Shown one piece after another: positions 1 through 10,301 of a stretch of DNA of 64,000 nucleotides (position 1 is its first letter; each line of letters starts with the position of its first letter). Source of the stretch: an uncultured Acidobacteriota bacterium (GTDB lineage Bacteria; Acidobacteriota; Thermoanaerobaculia; Thermoanaerobaculales; Sulfomarinibacteraceae); the NCBI GenBank assembly GCA_963814875.1, contig CAWFFJ010000016.1, positions 85,003 to 149,002 of the forward strand, given 5' to 3'. The notes under the pieces were generated by a model. The model did no database searches. It had not been told where the DNA came from and worked only from the letters and a program-made list of their open reading frames with translations. A program made the translations under genes and the position numbers.

Positions 1-191
1 CGACCCTCGGAGCACCGCAGGCGCAGCGCGTGCCCGGCCGACATGAGCCGCTGCGCCGCGTCGTCGAACAGAGTGTTGACCTCACGGTCCCGCGCCGCGA
101 GGCGGGTCGCGGCACCCGCTTGAAGCCGCGCGCGGACCGGTCCGAGATCGTGGACCGGGATCTTGAGCTCGCTCTCCACGGGTGTCGTCAT
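1..191 (-). CDS. CYTH-domain protein / class IV adenylate cyclase (CyaB-like), N-terminal part, truncated by the window edge
   Basis: Not in the ORF track. Manual translation from ATG at 191 gives MTTPVESELKIPVHDLGPVRARLQAGAATRLAARDREVNTLFDDAAQRLMSAGHALRLR, with the ExExK, ExNxLFD and LRLR signatures of CYTH proteins. Confidence 0.8.
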   Translation of the reverse strand, partial: MTTPVESELKIPVHDLGPVRARLQAGAATRLAARDREVNTLFDDAAQRLMSAGHALRLRCSEG

Positions 192-255
192 GGCATGAGC
201 CTACCGCGACCCCGACCCCGCGCCAAGCGCCGCGGGGGAGACACCCAGGACCATG

Positions 256-400
256 AACCACAGAGGCACGGAGACACAAAGCGACACAGAGCCCCACCCG
301 TCCAGGGCTGCGAAGGTCCGCCCTCTTCCCGGCCGCGTGAGCCAAGCGTCGGTGCCTCGGGTTGGCGCGGGCTCATCAGTATCTCTGAGCCTTTGTGGTG
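256..400. repeat. Inverted pair of octamer-repeat tracts (CACAGAGG/CACGGAGA type)
   Basis: AACCACAGAGGCACGGAGACACAAAG starts at 256. A reverse-complement tract, TCTCTGAGCCTTTGTGGTG, lies at 382-400. Confidence 0.6.
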
Positions 401-436
401 AGCAACTGCCGTCCGCGGGCGCGGTACCATGGCGCC

Positions 437-2362
437 ATGCGCCACGTCGTCTACGGGACCGCCGGCCATATCGACCACGGCAAGACCACTCTCGTGAGGG
501 CCCTGACCGGCATCGACTGCGACCGGCTGCCCGAGGAGCAGAGCCGCGGCATCACCATTGAGCTCGGCTTCGCCCACCTCGAGACTGATGACCTCCAGAT
601 CCACTTCGTCGACGTCCCCGGACACGAGCGACTGGTCCACACCATGATTGCCGGCGCGGCTGGGATCGACCTCGCGCTGCTGGTGGTGGCGGCCGACGAG
701 GGCGTGATGCCCCAGACCCGCGAGCACCTCGAGGTGATCCGCCTCATGGGCGTCCCCGGCGGCGCGGTCGCGGTCACCAAGACCGACCTCGTCGATCAGG
801 ATATGGTCGAGCTGGCGGTCGAGGAGATCCGGGAGCTGATGGCCGGAACCCCGTTCGCCGGGGTCCCGATGGTGCCGGTGTCCGCATCCACCGGCGAGGG
901 TGTGGAGGCGCTGCGGGCCGTCCTGGTTCAGCAGGCCGCACAGGTGCGACCACGCCAGATCGAAGGGCGCCCCTTCCGGCAGGCAGTCGACCGGGTCTTC
1001 ACTCTGCCCGGCGCTGGAACCGTCGTGACCGGGACCTCCCTGTGGGGGACCCTGCGCGTCGGCGCCGAGGTGGTCGTCCTCCCGCGCGGCGTCGTCTCGC
1101 GAGCGCGACGCCTCCACGTGCACGGCGCCGAGCGCGAGACGGTCGAGGCCGGCGAGCGCGTCGCGCTGAACCTCGCTGGGCTCTCTTGCAGCGACCTCGA
1201 GCGCGGCGACCAGGTTCTGGCGCCTGGACCGTGGCGCGCCACCCGCCTGGTCACCGTGCGCCTCGAGCTGCTGCGCTCCGCGCCGCAGGCGCTCGACGAG
1301 GGCGACGAGGTCGAGGTCCACGCCCTGGCCGCGCGGACGTCGGCCCGGATCGACCGCCTCTCGACCAGGCCCCTTGCGCCCGGTGAGAGCGCGGTTGCGC
1401 AGCTGTCCCTCCGCGAGCCGGCGGTGCTGTTCCCGGGCGACCGCCTGGTGCTGCGGCGTCCGGCACCGGTCAACACCTTTGCCGGCGGTCTGGTGCTCGA
1501 TCCCCACCTCGCCAGGGTTCGGCGCCGCGACAGCGCAACACTGGCCGATCTCCCACCGGTCGAGCGCCGTGACTGGCCGCAGCTGCTCGAGGCCTGGATC
1601 GACCGCGCGGGCCTCGCCGCGGTCGCTCTCGACGAGCTGGCCGGCCGGCTCGGAGCCACTACTGATGCTGTCGAAGCGCCCCTGGGCCGGCTCGTCGAGG
1701 CGAGCTCGATCCGCGTCCTGGCCACCCAGCCGCGACGGCTGGTCGCAGCGCGCCACCTGGACGGGCTCGCCGCTGCTGCGACCGAGACCCTCGCCCGGCG
1801 CCTCGCCGGCCAAGAGGTCTCCGCAGGCATCCCGGCCCGCGACTTCGCCGCAGAGCTCCTCCCCAGGAACGCCTCCGGGCTTGCTGATCTCTATCTCGAG
1901 GAGCTGAGACAGCGTGGCGTCATCGAGGTCGCCGACGGGCGCGTGCTGCCCCCCGGCAGTCGCCACCACATGACCGAGCTCGGCGAGGAGCTGACCCGTC
2001 AGATCGAGCGCGTATACCACGAGGCGGGACTAGAACCGCCATCGCCGCCCGAGACCGCAGCCCGGCTCGGCGCGAGACCCGCCACGGTCGAGGGCATCTG
2101 CCGCTTCCTGGTCCAGCGCGGCCACCTGGTCCGCCTCGACGGCAAGTTCCTCATCCACCGCGCCACGCTCGACGCGATTGTGCGCGGCCTGTACGAGTGG
2201 GGCGTCGAAGGCTTCGGGGTCGGGGAGTTCAAGGAGCGGTTCGGGCTCACCCGAAAGCTCGCGATCCCGATCCTCCAATGGCTCGACTCCGAGCGCGTGA
2301 CGCTCAGGTCGGGGGACCGACGGAAGGTGTTGGCGCCGCGTCGGACGTCCCCCCAGGGCTGA
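437..2362 (+). CDS. selB: Selenocysteine-specific elongation factor
   Basis: [28 protein letters not shown] and TKTD GTPase motifs; C-terminal winged-helix motif [14 protein letters not shown]. Confidence 0.95.
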   Translation: MRHVVYGTAGHIDHGKTTLVRALTGIDCDRLPEEQSRGITIELGFAHLETDDLQIHFVDVPGHERLVHTMIAGAAGIDLALLVVAADEGVMPQTREHLEVIRLMGVPGGAVAVTKTDLVDQDMVELAVEEIRELMAGTPFAGVPMVPVSASTGEGVEALRAVLVQQAAQVRPRQIEGRPFRQAVDRVFTLPGAGTVVTGTSLWGTLRVGAEVVVLPRGVVSRARRLHVHGAERETVEAGERVALNLAGLSCSDLERGDQVLAPGPWRATRLVTVRLELLRSAPQALDEGDEVEVHALAARTSARIDRLSTRPLAPGESAVAQLSLREPAVLFPGDRLVLRRPAPVNTFAGGLVLDPHLARVRRRDSATLADLPPVERRDWPQLLEAWIDRAGLAAVALDELAGRLGATTDAVEAPLGRLVEASSIRVLATQPRRLVAARHLDGLAAAATETLARRLAGQEVSAGIPARDFAAELLPRNASGLADLYLEELRQRGVIEVADGRVLPPGSRHHMTELGEELTRQIERVYHEAGLEPPSPPETAARLGARPATVEGICRFLVQRGHLVRLDGKFLIHRATLDAIVRGLYEWGVEGFGVGEFKERFGLTRKLAIPILQWLDSERVTLRSGDRRKVLAPRRTSPQG

Positions 2363-3197
2363 AGCCTCTATCCCGCAGGACCTTCACGTCACCCGACTTG
2401 ATTGTGCTCAGGTCGAGGCCCAGGCGCGCAGTCCAAACCACCCAGGTCGCCACCGGCTGGCTACCGTTGCGACCCGGATCGAGACGCCAGGTGGCGAGGT
2501 ACGCGGCGACCCACGACGTCAGCCCCCCGTCGAGCTCGAGCGGAACGAAGCGGTCGCAACGGCCCTCGGGCGTAACGTGCACCAGCAGTCGGACCCCGAC
2601 CTCCGCCTGATGATGGGGAACCCGGACCTTGACTCGGCGCGGAACTGCCAGCGAGGTGAGTGTCGACGGCGCCGTCGCGGGCAGCTCTGCCAGGCGGCCC
2701 GGTGGCGCCGAGGCGAGCGGGGTGGCCGGCGCCGGGGGTGCGGACGGGTCGGGCATCTGGAGAACCTGGTCGAGAACAGTGGCCGTGCGCACCTCGGTCT
2801 CGAAACCCACCTCCAGCACGGCCCATGTGGGTTGGGCCTGCGTTCCCACCCGCGCAGGTTCGAAGCGGCTGTCCTTGAGCTCGGCGACCAGCGGCGTCAC
2901 CAACCCGGGGAACGGCTGCTCGAGCACGACCGCCTCGCGGCACTGGCCGTCGACGTCGACCCACGCCGCCACGACGGCTCGTCCGGTCGCGTCGAGGCGC
3001 TCGGGGACGGTGGCCTGGAGCAGGGACGGCGGCACCTCGACACTGGAGGCAAAAGGGTTCACGGGCTCGAGAGCGACGTAGGGCAGCACGGTCGGCATCG
3101 CGATCGCCAGGCGCTGCTGCCACGCTCGTGCACTCCGGTCCTGGGCGACCGCGGAGGCAGCGAAGCCGATCAGCATGAGAACGATCCATCGACGCAC
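2304..3197 (-). CDS. Exported protein with two TonB C-terminal-like domains
   Basis: Signal peptide; two repeats of the V-x-V-x-x-x-G...F/L-x-P-x-R-x-G-x-Q-x-x-x-T-W pattern. Confidence 0.6.
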   Translation of the reverse strand: MRRWIVLMLIGFAASAVAQDRSARAWQQRLAIAMPTVLPYVALEPVNPFASSVEVPPSLLQATVPERLDATGRAVVAAWVDVDGQCREAVVLEQPFPGLVTPLVAELKDSRFEPARVGTQAQPTWAVLEVGFETEVRTATVLDQVLQMPDPSAPPAPATPLASAPPGRLAELPATAPSTLTSLAVPRRVKVRVPHHQAEVGVRLLVHVTPEGRCDRFVPLELDGGLTSWVAAYLATWRLDPGRNGSQPVATWVVWTARLGLDLSTIKSGDVKVLRDRGFSPGGTSDAAPTPSVGPPT

Positions 3198-3413
3198 GGC
3201 GGCATGCTATCACGCGGCTCGGAAGCTCCCGCCTCACTCGCAGGGCATGGTCCGCATCGGGCGGTCTCACCGCTGAACGAGGCGAGCCTCGGCAGATGCC
3301 GGGACTGGCGCAGCGAATCCAAAGCAGCGCGTCCCGCAGAGCCCCAGGAAAGCAGCGAGGTGTGTCGGGTGCTGCCGAGGAACTCCACGGTACGCGCTGC
3401 TAGACTGTCGCGG

Positions 3414-4490
3414 ATGCCGCAGCGCGTCGTCGCCGTCTTTATCTCGCCCCACGGGTTCGGCCACGCCGCGCGCGCGTCGGCGGTCATCGACGCCATGGCC
3501 GAGCGCGAGCCGACACTCCGGTTCGAGATCTTCACCACCGTGCCGGCGTGGTTCTTCGCCGATTCGCTGCGCGCGCACTGGCGACGCCACGACGAGATCA
3601 CCGACCTCGGTCTGGTGCAGCGTTCGGCGATGGACGAGAACCTGGTCGCGACCGCGCAGCGGCTGCGCGATTTCATTCCGCCGCCCGAAGATCAGGTCGC
3701 GCGTCTGGCGCGTCGCGTCACCGAGCTTGGCTGTGCTGCGGTGGTCTGCGACATTTCGCCGCTCGGCATTGCGGTCGCGTCGCGGGCCGGGCTGCCCTCG
3801 GTCCTGATCGAGAACTTCACCTGGGATCTGATCTACGCCGCCTACGGACCGCCCCTCGACGCCTTCGTCGAGCCGGCTCGGCAGAGCCTCGGCAGCATCG
3901 ACCTGCACCTCCAGACCGATCCGGTGTGCCGGCCGACCGCCGCCGCCTTTCGAGTGGCGCCGGTGAGCCGCCCCGCCCAGTCCTCTCCGGCCACCGTCCG
4001 ACGGCGCCTGGGGATCCCCGAGGGTGCCTCGCTCGTCCTGCTCACGATGGGCGGAGTGGGCTGGACGTACACCACCCTCGAGCCGCTCGAGTCCCGTCAC
4101 GACGCGTGGTTCGTGGTCCCCGGAGGCAGCCGGGACCTAGCCCGGCGCGGACGCCTCGTCAGTCTGCCCCAGCGCTCCGGCTTCCACCACCCGGACCTCG
4201 TCGCCGCCGCCGACGTGGTGGTCGGCAAGCTCGGCTACTCGACGGTCGCGGAGGTCGTCCACGCGGGAAGTGCGTTCCTCTACCTGCCGCGCGCTCGGTT
4301 TCCGGAGTCCCCGTTCCTCGAGGCCTTCGTCCGCGCTCACGTCGCGTCGGCGGCGACTGATCCCGAGGCGCTCGGCGACGGACAGTGGCTGGATCAGCTC
4401 GGGCCCCTGCTCGCCGCACCCCGCGCAGCCGTGGTGCCGGACAACGGCCGCATCGCGGCCGCCACGCACATCCTCGACCTGCTCTCCTGA
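3414..4490 (+). CDS. GT-B glycosyltransferase-like protein (similar to the L-arabinokinase N-terminal domain)
   Basis: ISPHGFGHAAR, NFTWD, DLVAAADVVVGKLGYSTVAE and RARFPE motifs. Start reassigned to ATG 3414. Confidence 0.8.
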   Translation: MPQRVVAVFISPHGFGHAARASAVIDAMAEREPTLRFEIFTTVPAWFFADSLRAHWRRHDEITDLGLVQRSAMDENLVATAQRLRDFIPPPEDQVARLARRVTELGCAAVVCDISPLGIAVASRAGLPSVLIENFTWDLIYAAYGPPLDAFVEPARQSLGSIDLHLQTDPVCRPTAAAFRVAPVSRPAQSSPATVRRRLGIPEGASLVLLTMGGVGWTYTTLEPLESRHDAWFVVPGGSRDLARRGRLVSLPQRSGFHHPDLVAAADVVVGKLGYSTVAEVVHAGSAFLYLPRARFPESPFLEAFVRAHVASAATDPEALGDGQWLDQLGPLLAAPRAAVVPDNGRIAAATHILDLLS

Positions 4491-4734
4491 AAGGCCCTCG
4501 CCTGCATGTCTCACCAGGTGGCGAAGCGAGGGACGAGAGAGGCCGTGAGGTGTGGTGATTTCGCAGGACGAGCGAGTGAGGCGTAGCCCAGCTACGTCGA
4601 TCGAGCGAGTTCAAGAAAGCGCCGCGGATAGGGACCCATTGCGGGACACTCGTCGTCCCGCAATGGGCAACGGTCTCTCTCGGTCCGTAGCCGTCAGCCT
4701 GGTGAGATATGCAGGCCAAGGCTATAGTCGCGTG

Positions 4735-5586
4735 ATGACGCCCCCGCAAGAGCGAACGCTCGACCTTGTCGACCGGCACATGGCCGCACTGGAGTGGGGT
4801 CCGCCTTCGGGCCTCCCCACTCTCGCGCTGCATGGGTGGCTCGACAACGCCGCCTCCTTCGCCCGGCTCGCACCAATGCTGGCCGGCCTCCACCTGGTCG
4901 CCCCCGACCTCAGCGGCCACGGCCGCTCCGACCACCACCCCCTCGGATGCGCCCACCACTTCGTCGACTGGGTCGGGGAGGTCCTGTCCGTCGCCGACAC
5001 CCTCGGGTGGCACCGCTTCCGGGTCGTCGGCCACTCCATGGGCGCCGGCATCGCCACCCTGCTCGCCGCGACCGCGCCCGAACGGATCGCGCGCGTCGCG
5101 CTCCTCGAGGGCTTCGGACCCCTGTCCGCGCCCCCGGAAGGTGTCGCCGAGCGCCTCGCCCGAGCCCTGGCCGACGAGAAGCGGGTGGCCGCTGCGTCAC
5201 GCCGGGTGTTTGCCGGTCTCGAGGAAGCGGTCGAGGCCCGGCGTCGCGGAACCGACCTCGATTTTGACGCCGCCCGCCTACTCGTCGAGCGCGGGGTCGA
5301 GCCCGCCGAGGGCGGGGTCCGCTTCCGCCACGACCCGAGGCTCAAGGCCCGCTCACGCGTGCGGCTCACAGAGTCCCAGGTGCTTGCCTTCCTGGCAGCG
5401 ATCGAGTGCCCGGTGCTCGCCGTGCGTGCGCGGAGCGGGTGGCCGTTTCCAGCCGAGCTGGTCCAGGCTCGGGTGAAGGCGGTGCGGCGAGTGGAGCTGG
5501 TCGAGGTCGACGGCGGACACCACGTCCACCTCACCCACCCGGAGAGGGTTGCAGCCCTGCTCGAGCGCTTTCTCGCCGACGGTTGA
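4735..5586 (+). CDS. Alpha/beta hydrolase
   Basis: LHGWLDNA, GHGRS, GHSMG nucleophile elbow, GGHHVH. Confidence 0.9.
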   Translation: MTPPQERTLDLVDRHMAALEWGPPSGLPTLALHGWLDNAASFARLAPMLAGLHLVAPDLSGHGRSDHHPLGCAHHFVDWVGEVLSVADTLGWHRFRVVGHSMGAGIATLLAATAPERIARVALLEGFGPLSAPPEGVAERLARALADEKRVAAASRRVFAGLEEAVEARRRGTDLDFDAARLLVERGVEPAEGGVRFRHDPRLKARSRVRLTESQVLAFLAAIECPVLAVRARSGWPFPAELVQARVKAVRRVELVEVDGGHHVHLTHPERVAALLERFLADG

Positions 5587-5626
5587 CGCGAGTCCCGATC
5601 GCTACCCACCGCTGATCGGCCCTTCG

Positions 5627-5660
5627 AAAAACAGAGCGACCCCGGGGTCGGCCCGGGGTC
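5627..5660 (-). terminator. Intrinsic terminator downstream of hsp20
   Basis: GACCCCGGG-N5-CCCGGGGTC stem, followed on the minus strand by GCTCTGTTTTT. Confidence 0.65.
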
Positions 5661-5687
5661 ATTGTCATTCGCCTGCGTGGTGGCGCG

Positions 5688-6149
5688 CTACACGCTCTGG
5701 ATGTCGACCTTGATCGAGCGGGGCTTGGCCTCTTCGCGCTTCGGCACGGTCAGCGTCAACACCCCGTTGCCGGCCGTGGCGACGATGTCCTCGCCGCGGA
5801 ATGAGGGCGGCAGCCGGAACGTACGCTCAAAGCTGCCATAGGCCCGCTCGACGCGGTGGTACGTCTCACCCTCGACCGCCTGCTCGAAGCTGCGCTCGCC
5901 GCTGATCGAGAGGATGTTGTTCTCGACCGAGACCTGGACGTTCTTCGGATCGATCCCGGGGAGCTCGAACGCCAGCACCAGGTTGTCCTTGGTCTCTCGA
6001 ATGTCGACCGCCGGCGTCCAAGCGGCGGAGATCGAGCCTTCGTCGGTGAGACGACCGCTGCGACTCGCAATCCGGTCGAACAGTTGGTTCATGCGATCGT
6101 TCATCGAAGCAACCTCACGCTGCGGATCCCAATGTGTCATTCCGTTCAT
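5688..6149 (-). CDS. Hsp20/alpha-crystallin small heat-shock protein
   Basis: WTPAVDIRE, ELPG, ERAYGSFERTF, NGVLTLTVPK. Confidence 0.93.
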   Translation of the reverse strand: MNGMTHWDPQREVASMNDRMNQLFDRIASRSGRLTDEGSISAAWTPAVDIRETKDNLVLAFELPGIDPKNVQVSVENNILSISGERSFEQAVEGETYHRVERAYGSFERTFRLPPSFRGEDIVATAGNGVLTLTVPKREEAKPRSIKVDIQSV

Positions 6150-6199
6150 GATGTACCTCCATGGAGTTGTCAGTGGAGCCCCTACGACTCCTAGGGCTC

Positions 6200-6228
6200 A
6201 ATATAGAACATGAGTCTTGTATTGTCAA
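6200..6228 (-). promoter_or_regulatory. Sigma70 promoter of hsp20
   Basis: Minus strand reads TTGACA-17 bp-TATATT within an AT-rich patch. Confidence 0.8.
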
Positions 6229-6273
6229 GTCGTAACATAATGAAAAATAAAACTTGAGTTATACACGCTAAGA
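6209..6273. promoter_or_regulatory. Two HAIR-like (HspR) operator sites
   Basis: CATGAGT-N7-TGTCAAG (6209-6229) and a CTTGAGT half-site with weak partner (6253-6273), versus the consensus CTTGAGT-N7-ACTCAAG. Confidence 0.6.
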
Positions 6274-6511
6274 TATTTCCTGTTCAGTGACCGGGCGCTG
6301 TTCGAACAGGTCCGCTCCCCACCCACGGCGCGAGCATCACGCGCCCAATGCTATGATGTTGGATCGGTGTCGGTTGATGGGCGCGGCACCCGCAACCAGC
6401 CGGAGCCGGGTCCGTACCACAACTGGACGAGGAGAGAATCCGAGTGCACACCCTGCGTCACTCCCACCGACGCCCCGGACCGTGAGTTTGATCGGAGCGA
6501 TCCGGGCAGCG

Positions 6512-7258
6512 ATGCAGCGCTTCACCGGCCGCAAGGTCGACGGCGCTCGCGACGACGAGGGCAAGCCCAGTCGGCAGGTCCTGGTCATCGCGCGCGACGC
6601 CGCGCTCACCCAGCGACTTGCCGATCTCGTTCGCGAGCGCGGGCTCGATCCGCTTGTCGTCACCAGCGCCCGGTTCGGTCTCGAGCAGGCCCAGCGGACC
6701 GAGTTTCCACTCGTCGTTGTCGATGCTCCTTTCCCCGACCTCGAGGTCGCGGAGTTTGTCCGCGAGCTCCGCTCACCGAGGCGCTCCCGGCGGCAGGGCT
6801 CACTGCTGGTGCTGACCGCTCCGGATCTTCGCGGCGAGATCCAAAAGACCCTCGGAAGCAGCGCCACGACCGTGCTCGTGCGCCACGCTCCGGACGAGCT
6901 CCTTCGGCCCGTGATGGAACGCCTGCTGTCGGTGGCTCCGCGCAAGCGTCCATCAGGCCCGGTCATCGCCCGGATTGTGCCCGAAGTCAACTCGAGCCCG
7001 CTGGCCTGTCCGGTCGTCAACATTTCGGCGACCGGTGTCCTGGTGATCACCCAACACCTGCTGCCGATCGGAACCCGATGCCAGGTCGAGCTCACCTCGG
7101 ACGCCTCGGACGAGTCTCTGATCGCCAGCGGTTGGGTGGTACGGCATCAGCCGTCGCGGTCCGGCACGGACCCTTTCCACGATCGGATGGCGGTCCGGTT
7201 CCTGGACGGCGGCAGTCCGGGGCGGGATCGGCTGGTCCGCTTTCTCGCGGCAGTCTAG
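6512..7258 (+). CDS. Receiver-like domain plus PilZ domain protein
   Basis: VLVI...LVVVDAPFPD receiver fold; VNISATG PilZ motif; MAVRF. Confidence 0.7.
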   Translation: MQRFTGRKVDGARDDEGKPSRQVLVIARDAALTQRLADLVRERGLDPLVVTSARFGLEQAQRTEFPLVVVDAPFPDLEVAEFVRELRSPRRSRRQGSLLVLTAPDLRGEIQKTLGSSATTVLVRHAPDELLRPVMERLLSVAPRKRPSGPVIARIVPEVNSSPLACPVVNISATGVLVITQHLLPIGTRCQVELTSDASDESLIASGWVVRHQPSRSGTDPFHDRMAVRFLDGGSPGRDRLVRFLAAV

Positions 7259-8142
7259 ATCAGGCTCCCCTCGCTGCGGCCGAGTCGGACGAGGTGGATC
7301 CGCTCGGTTGACGCATTCCCGAGCCCGTAGCGACGCTCCGCGGCGAGGATGTGGGTGAGCGGCGGGCTGATCGGCCGGTCCTCCCCGAAGTGCTCCTTGC
7401 GCCTGGCCTGCATGATGCGCGCTCCGGTGGCGTCTACGGCCACCGGGTCGATGCCGACCACCAGCCCCGCGTAAGGCCAGGTGAACTCGCGCGCGAAGGC
7501 GTGAGGTCCGACGCCGTGGAACAGCGGTTGCAGCATGACCAGGACGTTGAGGCGGGTCTTGCCTTCCACCTCGGGCAGGCGCCAGATGGCGCCGAGGCTC
7601 TCGCAGCCGTTGTCGTGATAGTCCGCCGGACGGGGGACGAACATGATGTAGTTCTTCAGGCAGGTACCGAGACCGGCCCAGTAGTGGATGCGCGACGGCC
7701 GCGCGTTGATGAGCGCCGTTGCCTGCTGAAACACGGGGTTGGTCCGGATTCCGTGATCGTCAACCGAGACGCTCGCGTCCGCCACCCCGACCTCGCGCAC
7801 ACGCTGAACGATCGCGTGCTCGAGTGCGGGAGGCGTCGGCAGGTTGCGCCACACGTTGGTCTTGACCCCGACGACGTCGTCGGGCCGCACCAGGCGGCTC
7901 CAGGCGCGGCTCGGCTCGCGCTCGTCGAGCAGGGCCATGACCGCGTCGTCGAGCATCCGCGCGAGGATTTTCGCGTCGATGGCGCCGTCCGAACCCAAGA
8001 CCGCGGGGTCCCGAACCAGCACCACCCTGCTCGTCCCGTCGACCGCCGCGGCGGCCGCCTCCGGCAGGCCGAGCAGGCCCGCCATCGCGGCGCCGGATCC
8101 GGTGCGAAGAAAGTCGCGTCGGGTCAGGCCGTCGTCGCTCAT
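7255..8142 (-). CDS. Tat-exported DUF362 family protein
   Basis: TRRDFL Tat signal; DVVGVKTN, CLKNY, DPVAVDATG. Confidence 0.8.
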   Translation of the reverse strand: MSDDGLTRRDFLRTGSGAAMAGLLGLPEAAAAAVDGTSRVVLVRDPAVLGSDGAIDAKILARMLDDAVMALLDEREPSRAWSRLVRPDDVVGVKTNVWRNLPTPPALEHAIVQRVREVGVADASVSVDDHGIRTNPVFQQATALINARPSRIHYWAGLGTCLKNYIMFVPRPADYHDNGCESLGAIWRLPEVEGKTRLNVLVMLQPLFHGVGPHAFAREFTWPYAGLVVGIDPVAVDATGARIMQARRKEHFGEDRPISPPLTHILAAERRYGLGNASTERIHLVRLGRSEGSLI

Positions 8143-9062
8143 CTCGAACCTCCTGCCGGCGGGGCCGTCTCCGCCACCAGCTCGGCCGCGACCGCAGGCG
8201 CCGTCGCCGCCGCCACCAGGACGAGACGCCTCTCGTCGGACCGGACCGCCCACCAGGTCCCGTCCTCGGCGGCCGCCGGTCCGCCCTCCTGCGCCCGCGG
8301 CGGCAGCCTGGCGACCACGGCATCCCGAGCGGCTGCCGCGCGGTCAGGTATCGGATAGTCCACCAGTACCAGCACGGCGTCGCCCGAAGGACGGTGGTAG
8401 TGCGCGAGACCGACGGCGGCGTCACGGCCCAGGCCAAGGAGGTCATCGCCAGCGAGCGGCACCTCCGCGCTGAGCAGCACGCTGCCGCGCACAAACCGCA
8501 CGCTGGCTTCGTCGCGGCCCGGCACCGGAAGAGCCGTGACCAGCTCCGGCGTCGCGCCCGCCTCGGCGATCCCCGCCAGGGCGTTGCGGGCGACGGCGAC
8601 CAGCAGCTCGCTGTCGGCTGCTCCCGAATCGGCCCACAGCGAGAGCAGGAACGCCCCCTTGCGGGCGGACAGCCAGCCCGGCCGCAGGCGACCCTCGTCC
8701 CCGACCTCGACCGGTTGACCGTCCGCGTCGTGTCGAAACGCGCCCCAGGCATCCTCCGGCGACCCGAGTCGGAAGACGTCGAGCACCAGCTCGCCCCGAC
8801 CGTCCGGCGCCACCCAGCGCCGCGACAGGCAGCCGGTCATACCGTAGGCGAGGTAGACCTCGGCGTGACCGTCGATGTAGCCGTAGATGGACTCCGGGTC
8901 GTACAGCCCGTCGTCTTCGGGGTTCGCCGCCCAACCGCCGACCTCGGCGGGCAGCCCGGCGCGGATCGTCTGGAGCGTGTTGGAGGCTGTGGCCGGCCGA
9001 CGCGCGCAGGCTGCGGCGCCAAGCAGCAGGACCGCGAGCAGGACGATTGTGGGGCCGCGCAT
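8139..9062 (-). CDS. Lipoprotein, DUF6599-like
   Basis: Lipobox-like AAAC; YDPESIYGYIDGHAEVYLAYG motif; overlaps the start of the DUF362 gene. Confidence 0.65.
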   Translation of the reverse strand: MRGPTIVLLAVLLLGAAACARRPATASNTLQTIRAGLPAEVGGWAANPEDDGLYDPESIYGYIDGHAEVYLAYGMTGCLSRRWVAPDGRGELVLDVFRLGSPEDAWGAFRHDADGQPVEVGDEGRLRPGWLSARKGAFLLSLWADSGAADSELLVAVARNALAGIAEAGATPELVTALPVPGRDEASVRFVRGSVLLSAEVPLAGDDLLGLGRDAAVGLAHYHRPSGDAVLVLVDYPIPDRAAAARDAVVARLPPRAQEGGPAAAEDGTWWAVRSDERRLVLVAAATAPAVAAELVAETAPPAGGSR

Positions 9063-9111
9063 GGCCACCTCCCGGAATGTGACCATGGTAGCCTGCCCCG
9101 CTCCGATCGCC

Positions 9112-10122
9112 TCACGGTGAGAGCGCAACGATCCTGTCCACCAGGGCCCGCCCCTCGGGGGTATCCGGCACCACGCCCGGCCGGATCAGGCGCCGGGTCA
9201 GCTCGACCCACCCCGGATCGGCGGCGAAGACCTTCCGGAACAAGGGCACGGCCTCCGCTTCGCGTCCGTTGGTCGCCAAGGTCACGGCGTGCCAGTAGGT
9301 GATCTCCAGGTTGTCCGGGGCGATCGCCGCCGCGGCGCCGTACTCGGCCAGGGCGCCCTCGAGGTCGCCGTGCTCGACCGCGACGTCGCCGCGGTTCATA
9401 TGCTCGTAGGCCCGGTGCAGGTCCACCAGCCGCCGCAGCTCCGCCACCGGCCGCGGATTGTCCTCGACCCGGAGATCGACCAGGCGGTCCGCCCACGGCT
9501 GCCCGCCGCGCTGCCCGCGGACCACCAGGATCGCCGCTGACTGCCGGCCGCGGATATCGCCGCCCTCGCCCTGCGCGGCCTCGAGGGCAGTGAGCAGGCG
9601 GTCCGTGAGGTCCCCGGTCGCGGACTCGTAGGCCCGGGCCATCGCCGGAACCACCGTGTCGTGGGCCATCATGTTGGCCTGCACCGAGTAGCCGTCACCG
9701 ACCCGGTGCGCCGCCGACTCGATGCAGCGCGCTCCGGTGTGGGCGGCCACCCGGCCGAGCGCGTCCACCACCCCGACCTGACGGACGTCGCGACCGGAGT
9801 CTGCCCCGACCAGCGCGGCGAGCGCGTCCGGCGCCGCCATCCCGCTGTCGAGCAGGGCGAGCAGGCGAGGACCATAGGCCGGGTCGACGAACGACTGGGT
9901 CGCCACCGCACCGATCCCGGCCCGGGCCCAGACCACCGTGGTGCCGACGGAGAACCAGTGCGACTGGACCGCGACCCCGAGCTGGCCGGTGGCCGCATCC
10001 CGGGCCACGATCGAGTAGGTGGTCACCGGGCGGCGGGGTGACGGCGCTGCGGCGGTCGCCGGCAGCACGCCGCTCAGGACGAGAACGGTGAGGATCATGG
10101 CGGCTCGACGTAACATGGGCAC
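9112..10122 (-). CDS. DUF1028 family Ntn-hydrolase-like protein with C-terminal TPR
   Basis: TYSIVARD...GVAVQS, GAVATQ, GGDIRGRQSAA, DLRVED. Confidence 0.88.
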   Translation of the reverse strand: MPMLRRAAMILTVLVLSGVLPATAAAPSPRRPVTTYSIVARDAATGQLGVAVQSHWFSVGTTVVWARAGIGAVATQSFVDPAYGPRLLALLDSGMAAPDALAALVGADSGRDVRQVGVVDALGRVAAHTGARCIESAAHRVGDGYSVQANMMAHDTVVPAMARAYESATGDLTDRLLTALEAAQGEGGDIRGRQSAAILVVRGQRGGQPWADRLVDLRVEDNPRPVAELRRLVDLHRAYEHMNRGDVAVEHGDLEGALAEYGAAAAIAPDNLEITYWHAVTLATNGREAEAVPLFRKVFAADPGWVELTRRLIRPGVVPDTPEGRALVDRIVALSP

Positions 10123-10301
10123 CTCCGGTGTGCTCAGCTCGAGGTGACTGTAGCCGAGAAACCGTGCGGCGTCCCGCGGGCTGAAGGAGAGTCAGCACCT
10201 GCCGCGTGAGCTCTCCGACCGACCGCTCTTGACCCGGATCAAGGCGGGAGCACCGGTCAGGCCTTATAGTGATGGCATCGCTTTCGCTCGAGGAGCTGAC
10301 C

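Noticed and set aside
188-2020. Long antisense/shadow ORFs (also 33425-35266, 43072-45855, 58026-59918 and others)
   Set aside because: They mirror well-supported genes on the opposite strand and are expected from stop-codon scarcity at high GC.
437-2362. Selenoprotein, SECIS or selC near selB
   Set aside because: No tRNA-Sec, selA/selD or in-frame UGA read-through candidate was recognised in the window.
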